A stretch of 48,064 nucleotides of DNA from Candidatus Aphodousia sp. (GTDB taxonomy: Bacteria > Pseudomonadota > Gammaproteobacteria > Burkholderiales > Burkholderiaceae_F): assembly GCA_048520025.1 (NCBI GenBank), contig DBFZTP010000044.1, positions 1-48,064 of the forward strand, in the 5' to 3' direction. Below the pieces are notes generated by a model. It saw nothing but the letters and a program-made list of their open reading frames with translations. It had not been told where the DNA came from and ran no database searches. Position 1 is the first letter of the stretch. Each line of letters starts with the position of its first letter. Shown here in pieces: positions 1-11,598 of the stretch. Position numbers and translations under genes: made by a program.

Positions 1-1
1 A

Positions 2-262
<261 letters not shown>

Positions 263-293
263 TAAAAGCTTTAAAAACTCTTTTATTAACGGC

Positions 294-335
294 GTTAATT
301 AGCACTCACCAAGGGTGGTGAGCGTGCTGATTAAC
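294..335 (+). other. Intercistronic stem-loop between atpE and atpF
   Basis: GTTAATTAGCACTCACC...GGTGAGCGTGCTGATTAAC inverted repeat, no long U tract. Confidence 0.55.
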
Positions 336-352
336 TTAACGGGGTTCAAATA

Positions 353-823
353 ATGAACATCAATGCTTCTCTGTTTGTACAGATGGCCGTGTTCTTCTTT
401 GGTGCTTGGGTCACCATGAAGTACATTTGGCCGCCGCTCATTCGAGCAATCGAAGAGCGACAAAAGAAGATTGACGGAGGTTTGGCTGCTGCCGATAAAG
501 GTGAAATGGCCTTAGCGGAAGCCCAAAAGGAAGTTCAAGCTATTAAGGCTGAAGCTCGTGCTCAAGCTTTGGGTATCGTCAATGACAGCGAAAAGCGCGG
601 TCAAACGATCGTTGAAGAAGCTAAGGCTCAAGCTCAAGTCGAAGCAGATCGTATTATCGAATCTGCCAAGGCTGAAGTTGCTCAAGAAGCTCAACGCGTT
701 CGTGAGCAATTGCGTGCAGAAGTTGCTCGCTTGGCTATCGCTGGTGCTGAACAAATCCTTCGTCGCGAGGTTGACACTAAAGTTCATGCAGACATGCTTG
801 AACAATTGAAGGCTAAGCTTTGA
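353..823 (+). CDS. atpF: F0F1 ATP synthase subunit b
   Basis: MNINASL N-terminus, one TM segment, YIWPPL..IEERQKKI motif, long coiled coil. Confidence 0.97.
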   Translation: MNINASLFVQMAVFFFGAWVTMKYIWPPLIRAIEERQKKIDGGLAAADKGEMALAEAQKEVQAIKAEARAQALGIVNDSEKRGQTIVEEAKAQAQVEADRIIESAKAEVAQEAQRVREQLRAEVARLAIAGAEQILRREVDTKVHADMLEQLKAKL

Positions 824-825
824 TT

Positions 826-1377
826 ATGGCTGAACTTTCGACGATTGCCCGTCCCTACGCGCAAGCTCTTTTGTTAGCTTTGCGCGATGCTAAAAAGGGA
901 CCTAAGGAAGCTGCCGATTTGGCTGCTGTTATGGATGGTATTGCCCAAGTGGTGACCGCTCCTGAACTCCTTTCCCTCATTGGGGAACCGAAGGTCAGTT
1001 CTGAGCAAATCTGTGAGTTGATTTTGACCACCATCGGTCAAGAAGTGCCCGCAGAGGCCGCTAATTTATTGAAGGTGGTCGTTGAGAACGGTCGCTTGGA
1101 AGCTGTGCCGGAAATCGCACGTCAATTCCGCGAACTTAAAAACCAATCCGAAGGTGTCGCAGACGCGTACATTGAATCTGCTTTCCCGATGAGTGATGCA
1201 GAAGTCAATGCCTTGGTCTCCGCTCTTGGAAGCCGTTTCCCCGGACTTAAGTTGACGCCGATCGTGACCATTAATGAGGGTTTGATCGGTGGTGTCCGTG
1301 TGAAAGTCGGCGATAAGACGCTTGACGGATCGATTCAAACGCGCCTTGCTCAAATGCAAGAGGCACTCACCGCATAA
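826..1377 (+). CDS. atpH: F0F1 ATP synthase subunit delta
   Basis: MAELSTIARPYA N-terminus and LIGGVRVKVGD C-terminal motif; start moved to the ATG at 826. Confidence 0.96.
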   Translation: MAELSTIARPYAQALLLALRDAKKGPKEAADLAAVMDGIAQVVTAPELLSLIGEPKVSSEQICELILTTIGQEVPAEAANLLKVVVENGRLEAVPEIARQFRELKNQSEGVADAYIESAFPMSDAEVNALVSALGSRFPGLKLTPIVTINEGLIGGVRVKVGDKTLDGSIQTRLAQMQEALTA

Positions 1378-1395
1378 ATTTCGGAGCTGTAAGAA

Positions 1396-2937
1396 ATGCA
1401 ACTCAATCCTAGTGAAATCAGCGAATTGCTGAAAAAGCGCATCGAAGGCCTTGGGGTCTCCGCTGATCTTCGCACCCAAGGTACCGTGGTTTCTGTTACC
1501 GACGGTATTTGCCGCGTTCACGGTCTTTCTGACGTGATGCAAGGCGAAATGTTGGAATTCCCCAACAGCACGTATGGTTTGGCTTTGAACCTTGAACGTG
1601 ATTCCGTGGGTGCAGTTATTCTTGGTAACTACGAGCACATTAGTGAAGGCGACGTCGTGAAGACGACGGGTCGCATTCTCCAAGTGCCCGTTGGTCCGAA
1701 GTTGATTGGCCGCGTGGTCAACGCTTTGGGTCAACCGATCGATGGTAAGGGTCCGATCGACACCGACGAATTTGACGTCGTTGAAAAGGTCGCTCCTGGT
1801 GTTATCGATCGCCAATCTGTTTCTCAACCGGTTCAAACCGGCTTGAAGTCTATTGACGCAATGGTGCCGATCGGCCGTGGTCAACGTGAATTGATCATTG
1901 GTGACCGTCAAACGGGTAAGACCGCTGTTGCTTTGGATACGATCATTAACCAAAAGGGTAAAGACCTTATTTGCGTTTATGTCGCTATCGGTCAAAAGGC
2001 TTCTACGATTGCCAACGTTGTTCGTAAGTTGGAAGAGCACGGCGCAATGGACTACACGATCATTGTTGCTGCTAGTGCTTCTGAATCTGCCGCTTTGCAA
2101 TACATCGCTCCGTACTCCGGTGCTACGATGGGCGAATACTTCCGCGACCGCGGTCAAGATTCCTTGATTGTTTATGATGACTTGACCAAGCAAGCTTGGG
2201 CCTATCGTCAAATCTCCTTGTTGTTGCGTCGTCCGCCTGGACGTGAAGCATACCCTGGTGACGTGTTCTACTTGCACAGCCGCTTGTTGGAACGTGCTGC
2301 TCGCGTGAACCCGACCTATGTCGAACGTTTCACGAAGGGTGCTGTTAAGGGTAAGACTGGCTCCATGACCGCTTTGCCGATCATTGAAACGCAAGCTGGT
2401 GACGTTACGGCTTTCGTGCCGACCAACGTGATTTCTATTACCGACGGTCAAATCTTCTTGGAAACTGACCTCTTTAACGCTGGTATTCGTCCGGCTATCA
2501 ACCCGGGTATCTCTGTGTCCCGCGTGGGTGGTGCCGCTCAAACCAAGGTTATTAAGAAGCTCGGTGGTGGTGTTCGTTTGGCTTTGGCTCAATACCGTGA
2601 ATTGGCCGCTTTCGCTCAATTCGCCTCTGACTTGGACGAAGCAACCCGCAAGCAATTGGAACGCGGTAAGGTTGTTACTGAATTGATGAAGCAACCGCAA
2701 TACCAACCGTTGCAAGTTTGGGAAGAAGCTTTGGTCTTGTTCTGCGTTGAAAACGGCATTTATGATGATGTCGAAGTCAAGGATGCATTGCGCTTTGAAA
2801 AGGCTATGCGTGACTTCCTCGCTGAAAAGCACGCCGACTTAGTTCAACGTATCGAAGAGAAGAAGGAACTTGTTGCTGAAGACAAGGATCTCCTCTTGAA
2901 CGTTGTTACTGAATTTAAGAAGAACGGCGCCTACTAA
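1396..2937 (+). CDS. atpA: F0F1 ATP synthase subunit alpha
   Basis: GDRQTGKT Walker A and [24 protein letters not shown]; 513 aa. Confidence 0.99.
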   Translation: MQLNPSEISELLKKRIEGLGVSADLRTQGTVVSVTDGICRVHGLSDVMQGEMLEFPNSTYGLALNLERDSVGAVILGNYEHISEGDVVKTTGRILQVPVGPKLIGRVVNALGQPIDGKGPIDTDEFDVVEKVAPGVIDRQSVSQPVQTGLKSIDAMVPIGRGQRELIIGDRQTGKTAVALDTIINQKGKDLICVYVAIGQKASTIANVVRKLEEHGAMDYTIIVAASASESAALQYIAPYSGATMGEYFRDRGQDSLIVYDDLTKQAWAYRQISLLLRRPPGREAYPGDVFYLHSRLLERAARVNPTYVERFTKGAVKGKTGSMTALPIIETQAGDVTAFVPTNVISITDGQIFLETDLFNAGIRPAINPGISVSRVGGAAQTKVIKKLGGGVRLALAQYRELAAFAQFASDLDEATRKQLERGKVVTELMKQPQYQPLQVWEEALVLFCVENGIYDDVEVKDALRFEKAMRDFLAEKHADLVQRIEEKKELVAEDKDLLLNVVTEFKKNGAY

Positions 2938-2968
2938 GTAGAAGTCGATTAACACCAAAGGGGACCAA

Positions 2969-5271
<2,303 letters not shown>

Positions 5272-5274
5272 TGA

Positions 5275-5309
5275 TTTTGGCCAAGGGAGAGTGATCTCCC
5301 TTGCCAAAA
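5275..5309 (+). other. Intercistronic hairpin between atpD and atpC
   Basis: TTTTGGCCAAGGGAGA-GTGA-TCTCCCTTGCCAAAA, 15 bp stem with one bulge and a GNRA loop. Confidence 0.6.
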
Positions 5310-5327
5310 CACGACCACGGAGCAACT

Positions 5328-5747
5328 ATGTCTACGATTAAGGTTAACGTCGTTAGCGCTGAAGAGCAAATCTTCTCTGGTGATGCCGAGTTCGTTGCCC
5401 TTCCTGGTGAAGGCGGTGAATTGGGTATCCTGCCTCAACATACTCCGTTGATCTCTTTGATTAAGCCGGGTTTTGTGCGTATTACGCTCCCGGAAACCAA
5501 AGAAGTGAAACAAGTGTTCGTTGCGGGTGGCGTGATTGAAGTGCAACCGCACCTTGTTACTGTTTTAGCTGATACCGCTATTCGTTCTGAAGAAATGGAT
5601 CGCGCTAAGACGGAAAAGGCAATTGCTGAAGCTCGCGAAGCTCGCAGCAAGGCAACGAGTGAAGTCGACTTGGCTAAGCTCGATGCGGAATTGGCTGTCT
5701 TGGCTGCCGAATTGGCCGCCATCGAAAAGCTCAAACGCAATCACTAA
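5328..5747 (+). CDS. atpC: F0F1 ATP synthase subunit epsilon
   Basis: [16 protein letters not shown] motif; ATG at 5328 follows GGAG RBS. Confidence 0.97.
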   Translation: MSTIKVNVVSAEEQIFSGDAEFVALPGEGGELGILPQHTPLISLIKPGFVRITLPETKEVKQVFVAGGVIEVQPHLVTVLADTAIRSEEMDRAKTEKAIAEAREARSKATSEVDLAKLDAELAVLAAELAAIEKLKRNH

Positions 5748-5762
5748 GCGTTCATGGACGTT

Positions 5763-5795
5763 TAAAAAGGCAGATGGTTTCATCTGCCTTTTTTA
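5763..5795 (+). terminator. Rho-independent terminator of the atp operon
   Basis: AAAAAGGCAGATG-GTTT-CATCTGCCTTTTTT. Confidence 0.9.
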
Positions 5796-5949
5796 TCGCC
5801 TAAAGTTTTCTGCCATATCAAGAGATAAGTAGAAAAACAGTACACTTTCAAGATAATTCGTTGTAGGATAAAAGTGTCTAAGCGCTTTTCTAAAACGAGA
5901 GAGAAGCGCACAAATTTGAAAAACACAATCGATAATGTTGGAGTGGTCT

Positions 5950-6345
5950 ATGAAAGTTATGGTTTGTACCGACGGTACGGAATTGAGTCGTAAAGCTATT
6001 GAAACGGCAATTGCAGTTGCAAAACCATTAAATGCCGAATTAATTGGAATGACGGCTGTAAAAGGCGAAGTCCCCTCAGATGGGTTAGCAGGGGAAGCTT
6101 CGGAGATTCAAGAGCGTCTCGGTGAAATCTATGAAGCTGCCAAAGCAGCAGAAGTCCCGTGTCGAGTTATTGCCGAACACGGTCAAGCTCCTTGGATGTG
6201 CATCACGGAATTGGCAAAGCGTGAAGATGTTGATTATGTGGTGATGAGTAGTCGTGGTATGGGTAGTTTGGGTAGTTTGATTATCGGTAGCGAAACTCAA
6301 AAAACCTTGGCTCAGATCGATCGTCCTGTTTTGGTTGTACGTTAA
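5950..6345 (+). CDS. Universal stress protein (UspA family)
   Basis: N-terminal VMVCTDGT, C-terminal VMSSRG-x8-GSET...PVLVVR; GGAG RBS before ATG 5950. Confidence 0.9.
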   Translation: MKVMVCTDGTELSRKAIETAIAVAKPLNAELIGMTAVKGEVPSDGLAGEASEIQERLGEIYEAAKAAEVPCRVIAEHGQAPWMCITELAKREDVDYVVMSSRGMGSLGSLIIGSETQKTLAQIDRPVLVVR

Positions 6346-6352
6346 AAAGACA

Positions 6353-6383
6353 GTCCCTAAAAATAAGAAGAACTTTTAGGGAC
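6353..6383. terminator. Hairpin between convergent usp and yggU
   Basis: GTCCCTAAAA...TTTTAGGGAC 10 bp inverted repeat. Confidence 0.55.
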
Positions 6384-6387
6384 GCGA

Positions 6388-6681
6388 TCACTGCAATTTG
6401 GTTACGCATTCATCGGCAGTAATGCCTTGGATGCGTATTCTTTTTTCTCGACTTGTTTCCCCGCTGATGAGAGTCAGTTTTGACTTAGATAGGCCTAGCG
6501 TTTTGGCTAAAAAAGCGATAATTGCTTGATTGGCTTTACCATCGACAGGCGGTGTCGCTACGGCAATTTTTAGCTTATCGCCATAGAGCCCGACAACAGA
6601 AGTACGTTTTGCCCCTGGTTGGGCGTGAAGGCGCAAAATAATCTCTTGATCTTTTTCGCTAAGCCAAACAGGAAGTGTCAT
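6388..6681 (-). CDS. yggU: DUF167/YggU family protein
   Basis: QPGAKRT, PPVDGKAN and GETSREK motifs; 97 aa. Confidence 0.9.
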   Translation of the reverse strand: MTLPVWLSEKDQEIILRLHAQPGAKRTSVVGLYGDKLKIAVATPPVDGKANQAIIAFLAKTLGLSKSKLTLISGETSREKRIRIQGITADECVTKLQ

Positions 6682-6759
6682 TAAAAGCTATTCCTACAAA
6701 ATACAAATGAAGCTAGCCAATGATAGCGAAGAAATGAGACTTTCTCGAACAAAAACAAA

Positions 6760-6995
6760 GATTAGGGAATTATCAACAGACTTATCAACAAATTGGATTA
6801 ATCGTAATTTTTTTGATTTGTTGTTTAAAATCCGATAGTTAATAATTTAGAAATTTTGTAACTATTTGAATATTAAGGGAAATTTATTTTTGCCACTTTT
6901 TCTCTCATTTTGCGTAGATAACGGGCAAACTGTATAAAAGACAGGCATAAACCAAGATATACACAAAGTTATGCACAATTTGTTGAAAGCCCAAT
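6760..6995. other. DnaA-box cluster with AT-rich core; candidate chromosomal replication origin
   Basis: TTATCAACA at 6770 and 6782, ATATACACA at 6957, TTATGCACA at 6969, degenerate reverse boxes at 6913, 6931 and 6981; very AT-rich 6795-6910; IHF-like TAACTATTTGAAT at 6859. Confidence 0.6.
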
Positions 6996-7075
6996 GAATA
7001 CGGGAGATTGATGAAATCTAACCTAAGCGAGTCACCGTCTTGATAAAATCAGCTCATCAATACGAGGATCTTTTA

Positions 7076-9103
7076 ATGTTGCCGTCAGCATCCTTTGCAC
7101 AAGTCGTTTTAGATATTCCTTTATTACCAGTCTTAACCTATAAAGTGGAAAAAGACCAGGCGGTTGCCGTTGGTCTTCGTTGTGTTGTGCCTTTAGGACG
7201 CAGAGAAGTTGTGGGCATGATTGTTCAGCTCACTGAGGTCTGTGACATTGAGCCCAAAAAGCAAAAAAGTATTATTCGTGTATTTGACGATGTCGATCCT
7301 GTAGATGAGAAGTGGTTGCGTTTAACAAAATTTGCTAGTGACTATTATCAACATGGGTGGGGTGAGGTCGCTCTGAGTTGCCTTCCTAATTTTTTCCGAA
7401 CAAAGCCAGGCGTTCGTTATCAACAATCGCTAGATCGATTGCGAAAACAAGGAAAACGTCCAACGTTTTCGCCGCAAGTCAAACATGACTTAAATGAAGA
7501 GCAGACTCAGGCTGTTGAAACACTGAAAGAGAATTTGGGATTTTCTCCCATGGTCTTACACGGCGTGACGGGTAGTGGGAAAACGGAAGTCTACCTCAAT
7601 ATGATGGAGTCTGTTTTTGAGCAAGACTCAACGGCTCAAGTTTTGTTTCTTGTTCCTGAGATTAACTTGACGCCGCAACTAGAAAGTCGTGTCCGATCCT
7701 ATTTCCCAGACACTTCCGTGGTGTGTTTACACTCAGGACTTTCACAAGGTGAACGTGCTCGTTCTTGGCTAGCAATGCATGAAAGGCGTGCACAAATACT
7801 CATTGGCACACGCATGTCTGTCTTTGCGAGCATTCCTAATTTAAAGCTCATTGTTGTCGATGAAGAACACGATCTTTCTTATAAAGCTGGCGACGGTATT
7901 CGCTATTCGGCCCGAGATTTAGCGGTGAAGCGTGCGCAGTTAATGGATATTCCCGTGGTTCTAGGGTCTGCCACACCGTCGTTAGAAACATGGGCCCATG
8001 TGCGAGCACAACGCTATCGACTGTTGACGTTGCATCATCGTGCGGTTAAAGATGCGGTTTTACCGACCTTGGAAGTGATTAATCCTAAAGAGGGGAAAAC
8101 GGTTTCCGGACTGGCTCAATCCATTGTTGATGAGATAACTCAAACGCTCGAGCGTAAAGAGCAGGTGATTGTGTTTTTAAATCGCCGTGGTTATGCTCCG
8201 GTATTAACTTGTCCGAGTTGTGGGTGGTTATCGACGTGTCCGCATTGTTCAACGTATGCGGTTTACCACAAGTCTCATCGACGACTGATGTGCCATCATT
8301 GTGGTTGGTCAGCTCCTGTGTATTCCAAATGCCCCGATTGCGGGAATGTGGATTTGATGCCACTAGGGGCTGGAACTCAACGCATTGAAGAGCAATTACA
8401 AGAGCTTTGGCCGCAGGCAAAGATTCTTAGAATTGACCGAGACAGTACCCAAAGGAAAAACGCCGCTCAGAAGGCCTTTGACGCTGTGCATGCCGGAGAG
8501 GTCGACATTTTAGTCGGAACTCAAATGGTGGCTAAAGGACACGATTTCCAAAATGTTTCTTTAGTGGTTGTTCTAAATGTGGATGCACAATTGGTCAGTG
8601 CCAATCCTCGTAGTGAAGAAAGAGCGTTTGCCAATCTGATGCAAGTGGCAGGTCGAGCGGGGCGTGGCGGGCTGACTGCGAAACTGATGGTTCAGAGTCG
8701 TTTTGGTGATCGACCAATTTTTAAGGCATTAGCACAACAAAACTACGAAATGTTTGCTGATGATTTGTTAGCGACGCGAGAGATGGAAGGAACGAGTCCT
8801 TTCGTGTCACAAGCATTGCTCTTAGCGGATGCACCAAGTATTGATAAGGCGATTGAATTTTTAACAACGGCGGTTTCGATAGGGGAAGCAATTCGAGACC
8901 GTTATGAATTTAACGAAATTGCCATTTTTGACCCTATTCCAATGGCGGTGATGAGAGTGGCAGATCGTGACCGGGGGCAATTGTTGATTGAGGCACCGTC
9001 GAGAGCGAAGTTGAATCAATTTTTGTCTGCTTGGATGGAACAATTGTCTCAATTAAAAACCTCCGTACACTGGGTCATGGATGTTGATCCTATCGACGTG
9101 TAA
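7076..9103 (+). CDS. priA: Primosomal protein N' (replication restart helicase)
   Basis: GVTGSGKTEVY, DEEH, four CxxC pairs, QVAGRAGR, C-terminal DVDP; ATG 7076 after GAGG. Confidence 0.96.
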   Translation: MLPSASFAQVVLDIPLLPVLTYKVEKDQAVAVGLRCVVPLGRREVVGMIVQLTEVCDIEPKKQKSIIRVFDDVDPVDEKWLRLTKFASDYYQHGWGEVALSCLPNFFRTKPGVRYQQSLDRLRKQGKRPTFSPQVKHDLNEEQTQAVETLKENLGFSPMVLHGVTGSGKTEVYLNMMESVFEQDSTAQVLFLVPEINLTPQLESRVRSYFPDTSVVCLHSGLSQGERARSWLAMHERRAQILIGTRMSVFASIPNLKLIVVDEEHDLSYKAGDGIRYSARDLAVKRAQLMDIPVVLGSATPSLETWAHVRAQRYRLLTLHHRAVKDAVLPTLEVINPKEGKTVSGLAQSIVDEITQTLERKEQVIVFLNRRGYAPVLTCPSCGWLSTCPHCSTYAVYHKSHRRLMCHHCGWSAPVYSKCPDCGNVDLMPLGAGTQRIEEQLQELWPQAKILRIDRDSTQRKNAAQKAFDAVHAGEVDILVGTQMVAKGHDFQNVSLVVVLNVDAQLVSANPRSEERAFANLMQVAGRAGRGGLTAKLMVQSRFGDRPIFKALAQQNYEMFADDLLATREMEGTSPFVSQALLLADAPSIDKAIEFLTTAVSIGEAIRDRYEFNEIAIFDPIPMAVMRVADRDRGQLLIEAPSRAKLNQFLSAWMEQLSQLKTSVHWVMDVDPIDV

Positions 9104-9150
9104 TGAGGGAGCAACAAAACCGCTTTTAGTTCTTTATAATCAATAGCCCT

Positions 9151-9225
9151 GCCTCCGTGGTGAAGTGGATATCATGCGACCCTCCGAAGGTCGCGTCACA
9201 GGTTCGATTCCTGTCGGAGGTGCCA
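9151..9225 (+). tRNA. tRNA-Arg(CCG)
   Basis: GCCTCCG/CGGAGGT acceptor stem, CGACC-CTCCGAA-GGTCG anticodon arm, GGTTCGATTCC T-arm, encoded CCA; TATAAT at 9135. Confidence 0.95.
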
Positions 9226-9245
9226 ACTTTTTCTAGTCTTTAAGC

Positions 9246-9653
9246 ATGCAATCACCATCAAATATCATCTATCACAACCAATCGAAAGTTTTAGAGATTG
9301 TTGACTATGATGGTCGCCAAATGTTGCTTTCTGCTGAGTACTTGCGAGTCATGAGCCCGTCGGCAGAGGTTCAAGGTCACTCTCCCGAGCAAGCTCAGTT
9401 ACAGGTCGGAAAGCGAGATGTTGGCATTGTAGGCATTGAGCCCGTGGGTTTGTATGCAATCCGAATTATTTTCTCCGACGGTCATGATTCGGGTTACTAT
9501 GATTGGGATTATTTAAGGCTTTTGTTTGCGGAAAAAGAGAACCGTTGGCAAACCTATTTAAACGAATTACAGGAACGTGGGGCGTCGCGAGACCCCGATG
9601 ATCCTAAGAACGAACCTTTTAAAGCCAAGCCCAAAAAGGCTTGTCATCATTGA
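9246..9653 (+). CDS. DUF971 / gamma-butyrobetaine hydroxylase-like N-terminal domain protein
   Basis: EYLRVMSPSAEVQGH, PVGLYAIRIIFSDGHDSGYYDWDYL. Confidence 0.88.
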   Translation: MQSPSNIIYHNQSKVLEIVDYDGRQMLLSAEYLRVMSPSAEVQGHSPEQAQLQVGKRDVGIVGIEPVGLYAIRIIFSDGHDSGYYDWDYLRLLFAEKENRWQTYLNELQERGASRDPDDPKNEPFKAKPKKACHH

Positions 9654-9654
9654 T

Positions 9655-10410
9655 ATGTCTGATAAGCAAAATCAAAAAGAAACCGACTTCGGGTTTCAAC
9701 GTGTCGCTGAAGATGATAAAGCACGTCAAGTACGTGAGGTTTTTGACTCTGTTGCGCCGAAATACGATTTAATGAACGATGTTTTGTCTTTTGGTATGCA
9801 CCGTCTTTGGAAGTGCTATGCCATTCATAAGGCCGATATTGATCGTGGAATGAAGGTGCTGGATTTGGCTTCCGGTACGGCCGACTTGTCTTTAAAGTTT
9901 GCCAAGCTTGTCGGTAAGGACGGTGAGGTTTGGCCGACTGACATTAATCGCTCGATGCTTTCTCTGGGTGCCCAACGCATGCGCCAAGCTGGTTTTGATA
10001 TGCCGGTGGTTCAGTGCGATTGTGAAGAACTTCCATTTCCGGACAATACCTTCGATGTCGTGATCGTTAGTTTTGGTTTGCGCAATATGACGCACAAGGA
10101 TCGCGCTTTGGCGGAAATGCAACGTGTGTGTAAGCCGGGCGGTAAGGTCATGGTTTTGGAGTTTTCCAAGGTTTACCGATTCTTCGCACCTTTCTATGAT
10201 TTTTATTCTTTCCACTTAATGCCGTGGTTGGGTGGAAAAATTTCCGGTGACAGTGAGAGCTACCGCTATTTACCGGAGTCTATTCGTATGCATCCGAGCC
10301 AACCGGTTTTGGCCGGCATGATGCGAGAGGCTGGTCTGGAATCGGTTGATTGGCACAACCTGACCTTTGGTGTTTGTGCATTACATATCGGTCGAAAACC
10401 GTTGGTGTAA
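9655..10410 (+). CDS. ubiE: Ubiquinone/menaquinone C-methyltransferase UbiE/MenG
   Basis: FDSVAPKYDLMNDVLSFGMHRLWK, LDLASGTAD SAM motif, SYRYLPESI; start set to ATG 9655. Confidence 0.95.
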   Translation: MSDKQNQKETDFGFQRVAEDDKARQVREVFDSVAPKYDLMNDVLSFGMHRLWKCYAIHKADIDRGMKVLDLASGTADLSLKFAKLVGKDGEVWPTDINRSMLSLGAQRMRQAGFDMPVVQCDCEELPFPDNTFDVVIVSFGLRNMTHKDRALAEMQRVCKPGGKVMVLEFSKVYRFFAPFYDFYSFHLMPWLGGKISGDSESYRYLPESIRMHPSQPVLAGMMREAGLESVDWHNLTFGVCALHIGRKPLV

Positions 10411-10492
10411 AAGATTGTTGAAAGCCCGTTTCTTGGTAGCGGCTTTTTGTAAAATAAGAACTATTCCATTATTTTCTCGGAGTTTTTAATCC

Positions 10493-11476
10493 ATGAAAAA
10501 GTTGATTGCCGTATTAGCAATTGGTTTAACGATGATGTCGATGTCTATGACGGCTGATGCCGCCCGTCGCTTTGGCGGTGGTGCAAGTTTTGGTCGTTCT
10601 GCACCGATGTTGCAAAAGAGTACGCCAGCACCTGCCGCTCCTACCTTGCAAAAGGCGGCTCCGGGCCAACAAAAGGGCCAACAACAAGCTGCCCCCAACC
10701 AAGCTCGTCCGAATCAACCGGCAGCCGCTCCGAGCCCCATGCGTAATATGTTGATGGGTCTTGCTGGTGTGTTAGGTATTACGGCTTTAGCTCACGCTTT
10801 GGGTTTTGGTGAAGGTTTTGTTAATTTCTTGATGATGGCTGTTTTAGCCTTTGCTGCCTTCTACTTTATCCGTATGTTGATGGGCTTGTTCTTGGCTAAA
10901 CGCATGGCGGGCGGTGCCTCCATGCCGGGTATGGATCGTTCTGCAACGAGCAATCGTACGGCTAAGAATGAAGCTTCTTACTACAGCCAACAACAAGCGC
11001 AAACCCCGGCTCAAGAGCCTTCTTATCAAGCTCGCCCCATGAGTGGTAGCCTTTTGGATGAATTGTCCTCTGGTAACGGCTCTGCTAAGGCTGTGGATTT
11101 ACCGGCCGGTTTTGATGTTGAAGGTTTCTTGAAAGTCGCTGAAGAAAACTTCGTTAAGATGCAAAAGGCTTGGGATACGGGTAACGTGACGGCTTTGTCT
11201 GACTTTACGACCGATGACGTCTTCTTGACGATTACGCACCAATTGCGTGAACGTGGTAGCCAAGATTACCAAACGGAAGTGATCAGTTTGAAGTCGGAAT
11301 TCCGTGGCATTATCCAAGATGGCGAGGAATATTTGGCAGGCGTGACCTTCCAAGGTACCCTCAATGTCAGTGGCGAAGCTGAAGACATCAATGAAACGTG
11401 GATTTTGTCTAAGCCCGTTCATGGTGATCAAGGTTGGTTGCTCTCCGGTATTCACCAAGAGCAAGCCAACGCTTAA
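10493..11476 (+). CDS. Tim44-like domain membrane protein
   Basis: Signal peptide followed by ARRFGGGASFGR, Q/P/A linker, TM pair, C-terminal F..MQKAWD...ETW..GWLLSGIHQ. Confidence 0.88.
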   Translation: MKKLIAVLAIGLTMMSMSMTADAARRFGGGASFGRSAPMLQKSTPAPAAPTLQKAAPGQQKGQQQAAPNQARPNQPAAAPSPMRNMLMGLAGVLGITALAHALGFGEGFVNFLMMAVLAFAAFYFIRMLMGLFLAKRMAGGASMPGMDRSATSNRTAKNEASYYSQQQAQTPAQEPSYQARPMSGSLLDELSSGNGSAKAVDLPAGFDVEGFLKVAEENFVKMQKAWDTGNVTALSDFTTDDVFLTITHQLRERGSQDYQTEVISLKSEFRGIIQDGEEYLAGVTFQGTLNVSGEAEDINETWILSKPVHGDQGWLLSGIHQEQANA

Positions 11477-11500
11477 GGTCTGCGTTCTAGTATGACAGAC

Positions 11501-11533
11501 AGGGGAGTTCAGGTTTGTTGAGCTCCCTTTTTT
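11501..11533 (+). terminator. Rho-independent terminator
   Basis: AGGGGAGTTCA...TGAGCTCCCTTTTTT. Confidence 0.8.
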
Positions 11534-11598
11534 CTTTAAGTTGTAGGCGAGTCAATTTCGCTACAATTAGAGAGTTATTAATTTACTGAGATGCTGCT

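Noticed and set aside
1066..2832. 588 aa antisense ORF opposite atpH/atpA
   Set aside because: Shadow of a strongly codon-biased gene that rarely uses TTA, CTA and TCA, the codons that read as stops on the other strand; no recognisable motifs
9151..9245. tRNA-Arg 3' end as a possible island integration site
   Set aside because: No integrase nearby, no duplicated tRNA 3' end seen, and core genes follow directly
10610..10740. Q/P/A-rich repeats in the Tim44-like gene
   Set aside because: Ordinary low-complexity linker; no exact tandem nucleotide repeat suggesting phase variation
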